NCBI GenBank assembly: GCA_048884785.1
Contig: JBHLQM010000018.1
Location: 1-25,328, forward strand
Direction of reading: 5' to 3'
Source of the DNA: Candidatus Thorarchaeota archaeon
Lineage (GTDB): Archaea > Asgardarchaeota > Thorarchaeia > Thorarchaeales > Thorarchaeaceae
Length of the DNA: 25,328 nucleotides
Shown: piece by piece, positions 1 to 8,482 of the stretch
How positions within the stretch are numbered: the first letter of the stretch is position 1
How the letters are laid out: every line of letters starts with the position of its first letter
Program-made: the position numbers and the translations under genes
Notes under the pieces: generated by a model
Databases searched by the model: none
Told to the model about the DNA's origin: nothing
What the model saw: only the letters and a program-made list of their open reading frames with translations

Positions 1-2
1 TT

Positions 3-2300
3 ATTAGGCCAGCCGCTGAAGTAAGAACCAAAGCTAGTGATTGTCGAATTGCACCTGGTGGCACAACAGAGATTCCGCTGTCGATTCTTAGTTCCGCAGA
101 TTTCAGACTCACTGGGACTTTGCATGTTGAAAGTCCTACATCGAGTCTTGTTGTGAAACCAGAGGAAAGCAGAGTTAGCTTGCTAAAGGAGGGAATCTCA
201 GGAGTAGTTTTGAATATAAGAGCAAGTCCAGATTTGCCGCCTGTCACACATGATCTCTGGGTATACATGAAGCTTTCAGACCCGGATGGTGCTTCATTAA
301 CAACACGCAAATTTCGAGTTCCTGTTTTCTGCTTGGAAAATGGCAGCGTTGCTCTGGGAGAAGACGAGCGTTTGCGGAGAAAAACCATCGTTACAGCTCA
401 GTATCTTGCGACCTTTGATTATGAAGGCGCGATTCTCCGAGCATCAAATACAGCTGCATCTCTGGAGGGTTCCTATTTACTACGTTCTCAAGTTGGCCCT
501 CCCTTTGGAATTGACGCCTTTAGATTTACACCGCGTAATGTCGAGATAACTGAGGATCATGTTAGTAGAATTGTGACAATGAATGGAGTTCATCCAGAGC
601 GACCACTGTTCATAGAAGATAGAGCAATCTTCGAACAGGGCACGGGTGTCATTATCTATCAAGTATGGGTTACCAATACGGGAACTGAACCTCACGCTCT
701 ACAAGTGAGAGTTTTTGGAGCCGGAGGAGGAATCAGCATCAGTCCTGGGATAAAATACATCCCTCTGAAAAACGGAGTAGTCTATGGCAGATGCCAGAAT
801 TTGTCACTTGGCTATCCATCCTTCCCATCCAATCCTAATGATTTCGAAGAAGGATGGATTGCTCTTGAGGGCAATCTTACAGTCAAAGGCCAAGTCTGGG
901 ATAATAATACGGTTGAAGAGATTAGAATCGGTAATAATCAGCTCCTCTCTCTTAGCTATCCGAGTGTGAGCATCCTACCTGGAGAAAGAAGGCTCATGTC
1001 ACAAGTCTGGCTCATGATGAATGCTTCTAATTGGAGGGAAGTTAGGCAGCTTTGGCTCTCAAGAGTCGGAAAAAGATTTGCAACCGAATTTGAGAATGAA
1101 ACCCTGACAGCTCATCCATCAATTGATTTTGATATCAAGCCTGCAATAATTGCCTCTGCAAAAGATGTTGCAATAGAGGTGAGAGCTCGCAAAGGCATAG
1201 TGGCTCCTGTTCCAATTGATGTTGAGGTTCTTCCACCATCTGGATGGTCTGCTAGTCTTTCAACTTCAGCAAGTCCTTCTGAGAAACGAGAGCATTCAGC
1301 AAAGATAAAGCAGCATCCTGTGCAGGATGGTGAAAAGTTCTGGATAGGATTGTCACCAGGCAAGGTTGTCAGTGATGGGTTTGGCATTCATACTGGTTCT
1401 ATGAAACTTAGAATTAACACAGATATGACTGTCCCCATTGACATAATACAACTCGGTGATAAGGAAAATCAAGTCAGAGTGGATGAAATCGAAGATCAAG
1501 GATTGAAGGGCTACTCTGTTGACAATGGGCTTATTCAGTTCAGGGTTTCTCCTGAATATGGAGGTGTTCTATATTCTCTGAAGAACAAACATGGTACAGA
1601 GTTTCTCATGTCTACATTCCCTACTGCAGAGCAAAAACCTGGGAGTTTTCTTAACAACTATTATGGCGGAATCCAACCTGTTGTTTGGGATGAATCTATG
1701 GACGAAGTATTCACGAATGCCATCACAAACAAAGAAAAGATGGATGGCAAAATCGTCGAAATCGGACCATGGAAGGGAATTGAAATCTCTTGGACTGGGA
1801 AAAAGCAATTATCGACCAGAGGAGCAAAACTGAAACTTCAATACCTCACCGCCGCTGGGAGTCCGCTTCTCGTAGCTAGATGGATAATTCAAAACAAATC
1901 AGAAGCACCTTTGGAAGCAGTTCCTACATTACTTGTTGACGCAGCATTGAATGGCACCGTTCCCGAAGTAGTCTTCAGGGCGGAGGAGTATGGTGTTCAG
2001 ACCAACTATTACACCTCTCAAATACCTCCTGTTGTCATGGCCAACAACAATATCATCTGGATGCGTGAAACAGGTAAACGAAAACCTTCTGACGGTCTTG
2101 CTCTTGTCCATGAAGGCACTCTGGCAGGAGTTGTTGGTCTTGCATTTGCAGGAAATCTTGTTTGGGGAACATTTGGCAGAGAAGGGCCTCTCCCGCCAAA
2201 AGGGACAAGGACCACTACATCATGTTTTATGGTTGATCCCTCATCCGATGAAGAACTAAGGATACTCCAGAGGAATATTGAATTTCTGATTGAGAGATGA
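3..2300 (+). CDS. Large hypothetical protein, 5'-truncated by the window edge; beta-rich, with a C-terminal galactose-mutarotase-like/supersandwich region; resembles the C-terminal part of ~1000-aa GNAT-headed proteins
   Basis: The frame is open from position 3 (IRPAAEVRTKASDC...) through the track start at 120, so the true start lies upstream. The C-terminal segment YSVDNGLIQFRVSPEYGGVLYSL...FP...YYGG recalls this family from memory only. Ends with TGA TGA. Confidence 0.6.
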   Translation: MRPAAEVRTKASDCRIAPGGTTEIPLSILSSADFRLTGTLHVESPTSSLVVKPEESRVSLLKEGISGVVLNIRASPDLPPVTHDLWVYMKLSDPDGASLTTRKFRVPVFCLENGSVALGEDERLRRKTIVTAQYLATFDYEGAILRASNTAASLEGSYLLRSQVGPPFGIDAFRFTPRNVEITEDHVSRIVTMNGVHPERPLFIEDRAIFEQGTGVIIYQVWVTNTGTEPHALQVRVFGAGGGISISPGIKYIPLKNGVVYGRCQNLSLGYPSFPSNPNDFEEGWIALEGNLTVKGQVWDNNTVEEIRIGNNQLLSLSYPSVSILPGERRLMSQVWLMMNASNWREVRQLWLSRVGKRFATEFENETLTAHPSIDFDIKPAIIASAKDVAIEVRARKGIVAPVPIDVEVLPPSGWSASLSTSASPSEKREHSAKIKQHPVQDGEKFWIGLSPGKVVSDGFGIHTGSMKLRINTDMTVPIDIIQLGDKENQVRVDEIEDQGLKGYSVDNGLIQFRVSPEYGGVLYSLKNKHGTEFLMSTFPTAEQKPGSFLNNYYGGIQPVVWDESMDEVFTNAITNKEKMDGKIVEIGPWKGIEISWTGKKQLSTRGAKLKLQYLTAAGSPLLVARWIIQNKSEAPLEAVPTLLVDAALNGTVPEVVFRAEEYGVQTNYYTSQIPPVVMANNNIIWMRETGKRKPSDGLALVHEGTLAGVVGLAFAGNLVWGTFGREGPLPPKGTRTTTSCFMVDPSSDEELRILQRNIEFLIER

Positions 2301-2321
2301 TGAATAGGAAGGCGGTATGAA

Positions 2322-2346
2322 ACCCTGTAACCCGTGGATACAGGGT
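2322..2346. terminator. Hairpin between convergent genes
   Basis: ACCCTGTA (2322-2329) pairs with TACAGGGT (2339-2346) in the 85-nt gap between two converging stop codons. Confidence 0.45.
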
Positions 2347-2385
2347 CACAACTACAGATGGGAGGTTTCACTGGTGCGGCCTTAT

Positions 2386-3225
2386 TCATGGATAGAAAAC
2401 ATAGGACATGCTTTCAGATTCAAGTTCAAAACCAAATGACTCATACAATTTAATGGCCGGCATGTTCTTTGCATGGACCCGAAGATATACTCTTCCCCAT
2501 CCCAACTCCTTGAGCCTAATTAGTGCGAATTTCAATAGCTTTCGAGCAATACCTCTCTTCCTAAACTCCGGCTTGACCGCGATTGACATCAGGACACCTT
2601 GCTCCACTGAGATGACTACAATTCCCACAACGACCTCGCCCTGCAATGCAAGAAAAGTCGTATCCTCATTGAAAATCGAATCAAGGTCCTCATCTGATAG
2701 CGTCAGTAGATTTCTTTGGATTATTGGATTCGCCTCATCATCCGTGCTTTCGTAAATTGCCGTCTGCAATTCGAGTATCTTATCTCTCTTCTTGATATCC
2801 ATCGGCTGGAATGTAATTCCCTCAGGTGGCTCCGGTGGGATATCAATATCAACAAACATTGAATATGCGTGATCTACCAAGTGGAATTGATGTTTTTCAA
2901 GAACTTGCTTCAGTTCATCAGGAATCATTGATTCTGAGTAGATCAGATAATGGAGTTGTTCTGACTTGACGATTCCATGTGCCGCATTGAGAACCTGATC
3001 AAGATATTCCAAATCCGGATTAAGGATTGTAAGCCTCCCCAGCTTGCTCCCGGCAGGTCCTAGGAAGTAGTATGGCTCTATGTGGATTGAAATCAGGGCT
3101 CTCACCCAAGTATCATCGACTATCAGGAAAAAGGGGGTGTCACTCTCCCTCAAAGAGTCTGCGTATCTTGGAATGAGCCTCAGAAACTTCGCTGCATCAG
3201 CGTCATCTTGTTTCAAGGTTCTCAT
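2386..3225 (-). CDS. GNAT-family N-acetyltransferase (C-terminal RimI-like domain, degenerate N-terminal domain)
   Basis: Motif A IAVKPEFRKRGIARKLL and motif B LRVHAKNMPAIKLYESFGF. Confidence 0.9.
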   Translation of the reverse strand: MRTLKQDDADAAKFLRLIPRYADSLRESDTPFFLIVDDTWVRALISIHIEPYYFLGPAGSKLGRLTILNPDLEYLDQVLNAAHGIVKSEQLHYLIYSESMIPDELKQVLEKHQFHLVDHAYSMFVDIDIPPEPPEGITFQPMDIKKRDKILELQTAIYESTDDEANPIIQRNLLTLSDEDLDSIFNEDTTFLALQGEVVVGIVVISVEQGVLMSIAVKPEFRKRGIARKLLKFALIRLKELGWGRVYLRVHAKNMPAIKLYESFGFELESESMSYVFYP

Positions 3226-3244
3226 CAGAAGATCTCCCGGTTTC

Positions 3245-4240
3245 CTATCTTGGCTTCACAAAGCCTTTCCACTGCACCATATCTCTCACCGTAGAGCTGA
3301 GATCCCATTTGGGTGAGAATCCTAGGTCCTTTTTCGCCTTGTCTGTGCCAATAACATAGTTGCTACCAAACAGTAGAACGCGGAAGTCTGTTAGAAGTGG
3401 TGCATTCTTTCTCCTTGCAGTACTATAGATTCCTGCACTTATTTTACCAAGCCCCAAAGCCGCTCTGTATGGAAAATTCCTGAATTTGTTTTCTGCCCCC
3501 AATTCACTAGCGATCGACTCTATGAACTCGATGAATCTGCAGGTAAAAGAAGTAACATTGTATGCGTTTCCCGCGGCTTTATCGAAATTCTCAGCAGCTA
3601 GCACAAGGCATTCTGCAACATCATCTGCGTGAACAAAGCTTTGTAGGTTCTTCCCACCACCAAATGTAACCATTGACCCATTCTGAATAAAATCAATAAT
3701 CTGTGGGCCTGTAAACATATCACCATGCCCGAGCACTGTTGGAGGTCTCACTCTTGTGGCTTTAATTCCATATGCCTTTTCATACTCCGTGATCAATGCC
3801 TCAGCGGCAGCCTTGGATCTCTGATAGTTATTCATTGGTTTCCAAGGATCATCTTCAAGCAATGGCTCAGTTCTATTCGGGAATCCGTATAATGCAGTCG
3901 ATGAGGTATGAATGAGTTGGGGGATATCCTTCTTTCTGACGACTTCAAGTATGTTTCTTGTACCCTCAACATTCACAGGAAAGAATTTCTCCCTTCCTCC
4001 CCACTCTGCCATCACTCCTGCATTATGAAATAGCCATTCGATTTCCTCAGAGATAATGTTATTCAGACAATCGCCATCTGTCACATCGCCTATGCACTTC
4101 TTGTAGGTATATCCATCGACAAGGTCCAAAGATGAAGTTTCTCTGATCATTATCTCAACTTTGTGCCCTCTCTGTTCAAGCAGGCGCACAATGTGGGAAC
4201 CAACAAATCCTGTACCCCCGGTAACAAAACATCGAGCCAT
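3245..4240 (-). CDS. NAD-dependent epimerase/dehydratase (extended SDR, 3-beta-hydroxysteroid dehydrogenase-like)
   Basis: TGGTGFVG Rossmann motif, FHNAG, VNVEGTRN, TSS, catalytic YQRSK, SFVHADDVA. Confidence 0.9.
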   Translation of the reverse strand: MARCFVTGGTGFVGSHIVRLLEQRGHKVEIMIRETSSLDLVDGYTYKKCIGDVTDGDCLNNIISEEIEWLFHNAGVMAEWGGREKFFPVNVEGTRNILEVVRKKDIPQLIHTSSTALYGFPNRTEPLLEDDPWKPMNNYQRSKAAAEALITEYEKAYGIKATRVRPPTVLGHGDMFTGPQIIDFIQNGSMVTFGGGKNLQSFVHADDVAECLVLAAENFDKAAGNAYNVTSFTCRFIEFIESIASELGAENKFRNFPYRAALGLGKISAGIYSTARRKNAPLLTDFRVLLFGSNYVIGTDKAKKDLGFSPKWDLSSTVRDMVQWKGFVKPR

Positions 4241-4330
4241 CTCTCAACCCACTCTACCGAAAACATTCGCTCTATTCAGTCTTGTGAGGTTAGTGATTCT
4301 CTATGTTCTTCAGAAATTATCTCACTGAAT

Positions 4331-5758
4331 TCAGTGATGATGTCCATGGCCGCCATCTATTGGAGCAAGTCTTCCGAACGCCCTTTGAACTAATTCAGGG
4401 AGAGCAGGATGAATATGCATTGCATCAACCATCGGAATGTAGGTTCTATCTGGAGTGTACATGAGATTGATGATTTCCTGGATCAGCGTTGGTGCATGCG
4501 GACCGATGATAGTGGCTCCCAGAATATTTCTGTCATTCGCATCTGCTATGACCCTGAGGAATCCAGATGGATACCCCATTGCGGCTCCCTTGGCAGAACC
4601 ATCGTAGCCAATTTGTCCCACTAGCAGCTCTCTCTTTGATTCCTTTGCCTCTTTTAGGGTCATCCCAACAGTCGCGATAGGCGGATATGAAAACACAGCT
4701 CGGGGAACCGCATGATAGCTCATAGACCGGAGTTCGGGTTTCCCTCCGTGATGCTTTGAGTTCAGAGTGCTCACCATATTATACCATACAATCTGCGACT
4801 CATCGTTGGCTACATGTCTGAATTGATATCGACCAATTGCATCACCAAAGGCCCAGATATCCTTCTTACTAGTTCTGAAGAAATCATCAACAATGACCCA
4901 ACCTCTCTTGTTGACCTTCACGCCTGTCTTCTCAGGCTTGAATAGATCTGCATTGGAAATCCTGCCAGACGCTAGAAGAATTATTTCAGCGCTATACTCC
5001 TTTTCTACACCTGATGTTCTATCTGCTGCAATTACAGTTTTAGTTTCGCCTTTCTGACTAGCAGATACAACTTCGTGATTTGTCAATACCTTCATCCGTT
5101 TTGCAAGTTCATTTCTTAGCAGGTCTGATACATCTGCATCTTCTTCCTTTACTAGGTAAGGATTTCTTCCGAGAATTGTAACTTCGGTTCCAATAGCTGA
5201 GAAGAAATGAGCAAACTCAACCGCAATATATCCGCCTCCAACTATAATCATTGACTTTGGAATCTCTTCTATTGAGAGCACGGTATTATTAGTCAGATAT
5301 TCTACCTTGTCAATCCCATTGATTTTTGGAATGTACGGTCTGGCACCTGCGGCAATGATAACATGGTCTGCTTTTATTCTCTCATCATTTACTTCCATCG
5401 TATAGTCCGCCACGAATTCACCAGTGCCTTTGTAGAAATCATAATTCTCCGCTTCCAAGATGGAGTGTTCCATCTCATCAGCCTCTCCCCAGGTCTCTCT
5501 TCTCATCCTCTCCATGAGTGCTGGAAAATCAACGCCATCGACCGAGGCCTTGAGGTTCACGCGTTCTGCATGCCGAATCTCCATGATAACATCTGCAACA
5601 TAGGTAAGTATCTTCGTGGGAATACACCCTACATTGAGGCATGTGCCTCCAAATCTTCCATTATCCACAATAGCAACAGACAACCCCTGCTGATATGCAT
5701 TAGCCGCGACATTTGCACCGGCACCTGATCCCAGAACTAGAAGGTCATATTTCCTCAT
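4331..5758 (-). CDS. Class-I pyridine nucleotide-disulfide oxidoreductase (dihydrolipoamide dehydrogenase / mycothione reductase-like)
   Basis: LGSGAG FAD motif, redox disulfide GGTCLNVGCIP, VGGGYIAVE, WAFGD, C-terminal HPALPE His-Glu dyad, His-rich tail GHGHHH. Confidence 0.88.
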   Translation of the reverse strand: MRKYDLLVLGSGAGANVAANAYQQGLSVAIVDNGRFGGTCLNVGCIPTKILTYVADVIMEIRHAERVNLKASVDGVDFPALMERMRRETWGEADEMEHSILEAENYDFYKGTGEFVADYTMEVNDERIKADHVIIAAGARPYIPKINGIDKVEYLTNNTVLSIEEIPKSMIIVGGGYIAVEFAHFFSAIGTEVTILGRNPYLVKEEDADVSDLLRNELAKRMKVLTNHEVVSASQKGETKTVIAADRTSGVEKEYSAEIILLASGRISNADLFKPEKTGVKVNKRGWVIVDDFFRTSKKDIWAFGDAIGRYQFRHVANDESQIVWYNMVSTLNSKHHGGKPELRSMSYHAVPRAVFSYPPIATVGMTLKEAKESKRELLVGQIGYDGSAKGAAMGYPSGFLRVIADANDRNILGATIIGPHAPTLIQEIINLMYTPDRTYIPMVDAMHIHPALPELVQRAFGRLAPIDGGHGHHH

Positions 5759-5875
5759 GCGAATTCGGTTCTCTTCATTATTGTTATGCCTTTTGGTCCT
5801 TCAGTAGATTTCTAATAGATGAATCCTTATTAGACTCAGTATCGAATAGGTCATCAGTCAGGTATTGAGGGGCAT

Positions 5876-7705
5876 ATGGTGAAAAGGGCGTTTTCATACT
5901 CTTTGGTTTTAAGTATCCTAGGAATTCTGCTCCTATGTTCAGTCGTTAGCGCTTTACCTGTACAATTCATTCAGAGTGAGGATGGAGGTGCATACCTAGA
6001 TAAAATAGTGTACAAGTCGATCGGACAAGAGGACCAGCAAATTCTGGATCTGATGGATAACGAGATTGATATAATTGGAGATATGATTTCCCCCTCCTTT
6101 TTTCAGCAATTGATGGAAGCATCAAATATCGAAGTAGCCAATCTTAGCAGAAATGGCTATGGGAAGATGACAATCAATTGTGCAAAATACCCATATAGTA
6201 TCACTGCATTTAGACGAGCTCTGGCCTTCGCTGTCGATAAAAGAGCCATATGCGATGACATATGGGGGGGATTTGCCAAGCCACTTGATTCACCCATTCC
6301 TGATGTTAATCCGTTCTCGATTGAAGGACAGCTTTCATACTCCTACTACGAGAGTAATATTGCCCTCGGAAACAGTCTCCTTGATGAAGCTGGTTTCTTG
6401 GATACTGATGCAGACGGCTACAGAAACTCCCCAGATGGCTCGTTTTTTGACGTTCTTATTGAGTGCGCTGATTCATCTAGTATTGCTATTGAAGTTGGGG
6501 CATATTTCGCCGATGCTCTCCGGGCTCTTAGTATCGATGCTGTGTCGCAACCCACAGATTTCTACGAATATCTAAATAGGGTATTCTTTCATGGTGATTA
6601 TGATATTGTGTTTCTTGGGAGAACTCAGTCCAATTTTGATGTTGATTGGCTTGCTGACGAATATTGGTCAGAGTATTGTGATGAACCGTACTACAACTTT
6701 CCAAACTGGTCTAATGCATCATTTGACAGCTATCGGGATACTCTATTGCATTCGGTAGCATATGATGAAGTCTATACTGCGGCTTCTGAGATGCAGAAGA
6801 TATGGATTTACGAGTGTCCTGAGATTATTGCCTATCAGAATATTCAGATGTCTGCCTATCGAAATGATAGGTTTGAAGGATTTACCAATGATGTTGTTGA
6901 AGGCGTTCCGGGTTGGTGGACAAACTTTCAGACACATTTGATCAATGAAGGTATTGGTATCCAGGGCGGAACTCTCCGGATAAGCACTCCAATAAATGTC
7001 GACTCTTTCAATTTCATGGCATTGGCATCTTTTTCGTTTTATGCTCAAAAGGTGAGCGACAATCTATGGGACAGTCTTCTCAGGAGATCTCCTACAGGGG
7101 AGGATCTACCATGGATAGCTGAGTCATATTCGGCAGAAGTAACTTCGGGCGGTGGGACCAGATTCACGTTCAATCTAGTTCAGAATGCAACATGGACGGA
7201 TGGCGTTCCAATCACTGGTGAAGATGTTGCATTCACATTGAATTACTATAAAGATGCCTCTGGAAATCCCTATGGCACTGATCTCTCAGAGATGACAGCG
7301 GCATATTCGCCTACAACCTATTTCGTGATTGTTGAATTCTCAAGTCAGTCTTTTTGGCACTTGCATACCTGTGGATACAAACCAATCATACCTAGACACA
7401 TCTTTCAGGAGATACCTCCTGATGAATGGTATACTTGGAATCCCCAACCTCCATCAGAGCCCATGGTTACTTCAGGTCCTTTTAATGTGACAAACTATGT
7501 TCTAGGTGAGTTTACTGAACTCAGCAGGAATTATGCCTATTTTCGTTCTGCGGATTCATCCTCTGAAAAGCCAACAGAGCCTTTTGAATTTCTCCTAAGC
7601 GTGAGTGGAATTATTACTATTGGCTCAGTTTTTGTCATAATAGTTGTTGCAGTGCTAATTCTGAGGTCCCGAACACCTCAGCAATCCGAATGGTCATATG
7701 GGTAG
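5876..7705 (+). CDS. ABC-type peptide/nickel solute-binding protein (family 5), circularly permuted, with signal peptide and C-terminal TM anchor
   Basis: N-terminal hydrophobic signal. Family-5 motifs FRRALAFAVDK, LLDEAGF.D.DADG, GGTLR, PWIAESY, ATWTDGVPITGEDVAFT and TSGPF. C-terminal TM followed by RSR. Confidence 0.88.
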   Translation: MVKRAFSYSLVLSILGILLLCSVVSALPVQFIQSEDGGAYLDKIVYKSIGQEDQQILDLMDNEIDIIGDMISPSFFQQLMEASNIEVANLSRNGYGKMTINCAKYPYSITAFRRALAFAVDKRAICDDIWGGFAKPLDSPIPDVNPFSIEGQLSYSYYESNIALGNSLLDEAGFLDTDADGYRNSPDGSFFDVLIECADSSSIAIEVGAYFADALRALSIDAVSQPTDFYEYLNRVFFHGDYDIVFLGRTQSNFDVDWLADEYWSEYCDEPYYNFPNWSNASFDSYRDTLLHSVAYDEVYTAASEMQKIWIYECPEIIAYQNIQMSAYRNDRFEGFTNDVVEGVPGWWTNFQTHLINEGIGIQGGTLRISTPINVDSFNFMALASFSFYAQKVSDNLWDSLLRRSPTGEDLPWIAESYSAEVTSGGGTRFTFNLVQNATWTDGVPITGEDVAFTLNYYKDASGNPYGTDLSEMTAAYSPTTYFVIVEFSSQSFWHLHTCGYKPIIPRHIFQEIPPDEWYTWNPQPPSEPMVTSGPFNVTNYVLGEFTELSRNYAYFRSADSSSEKPTEPFEFLLSVSGIITIGSVFVIIVVAVLILRSRTPQQSEWSYG

Positions 7706-7865
7706 GTGAGTCTGAATCTAGTTTGATGATTCAGCAAGAAAGATTATATCGACCTCAGTAGCGCGCATGAAGCTAATATACCTTGGATTACTTGGTCTTT
7801 ACATGGTGATTGCGTCTATCTCATCCTTCAGGAAAAAGCCAAAGAGAAACAACCAGGGTTGAGAA

Positions 7866-8372
7866 GTGTGTACTTTGAAAAAAGTCGTAAGAAAAATTGT
7901 CATCATTGGAGCTGGCGGATGCGGAAAGAGTTCAATCGCATCTAGGTTGGCCACAGGTGCCTTTGTTGACCATAAGATGACAATTGGTCTCGGAGTCGAT
8001 ACGTGGAAATCCATAGATGATGAAAATGAACTGGAGATACATGCATCGTTGTTTGATCTGGGTGGCCAGGAGCATTTTAGGTTCTTTCAAGAAGGATTTG
8101 TGACAGGGGCCCAAGTGCTACTGCTAATATTTGATGTTAACCGTTTCAAAACACTCTTTGACCTTGACGAGTGGATTCCTATTGTTGAGCAAATCCCACG
8201 GGACAGATGGATTCTTGTGGGAAACAAAATCGATCAGCCATCCTTTGTGACAGAAAATGATATCAAAGAGAAGGCTGAAAGTTGGGGCATCCCATATGTG
8301 ACTATTAGCGCAAAAACCGGTCAAAACTTTGAAAAACTAGTAAAAATGATTCTTGCAATCAAAACAGAATAG
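7866..8372 (+). CDS. Small GTPase, Rab/Ras-like (eukaryotic signature protein)
   Basis: G1 GAGGCGKS, G2 MTIG, G3 DLGGQ, G4 NKID, G5 SAK. No C-terminal Cys prenylation motif. The start may be GTG 7866 or TTG 7875. Confidence 0.92.
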   Translation: MCTLKKVVRKIVIIGAGGCGKSSIASRLATGAFVDHKMTIGLGVDTWKSIDDENELEIHASLFDLGGQEHFRFFQEGFVTGAQVLLLIFDVNRFKTLFDLDEWIPIVEQIPRDRWILVGNKIDQPSFVTENDIKEKAESWGIPYVTISAKTGQNFEKLVKMILAIKTE

Positions 8373-8438
8373 CCCTAAACATCAGGTCAGAGCAATAGGC
8401 TTCAGCTGAATCATTGTGATGCCTTCTAAATCATACAC

Positions 8439-8445
8439 TTTATAA
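8439..8445 (+). promoter_or_regulatory. Probable TATA box for the second solute-binding protein gene
   Basis: TTTATAA about 40 nt upstream of ATG 8483, followed by a G-rich SD-like AGGGGG. Confidence 0.45.
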
Positions 8446-8482
8446 CAACCTTTGAGCAAACAGTCGGAATAGGGGGCACACT

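Noticed and set aside
2298-2350. SECIS-like element (ATGA...AA...stem) after a TGA TGA stop
   Set aside because: The 3' side lacks the GA needed for the kink-turn quartet, read-through hits TAA within a few codons, and no selenoprotein homolog is evident in the window.
4322-4337. 16-bp perfect palindrome TCACTGAATTCAGTGA, and the 12-bp CCATCTAGATGG at 13343-13354
   Set aside because: Single occurrences, one overlapping a stop codon, with no second copy or context to support a function.
4331-5758. Mercuric reductase MerA
   Set aside because: No C-terminal Cys-Cys pair or N-terminal HMA domain.
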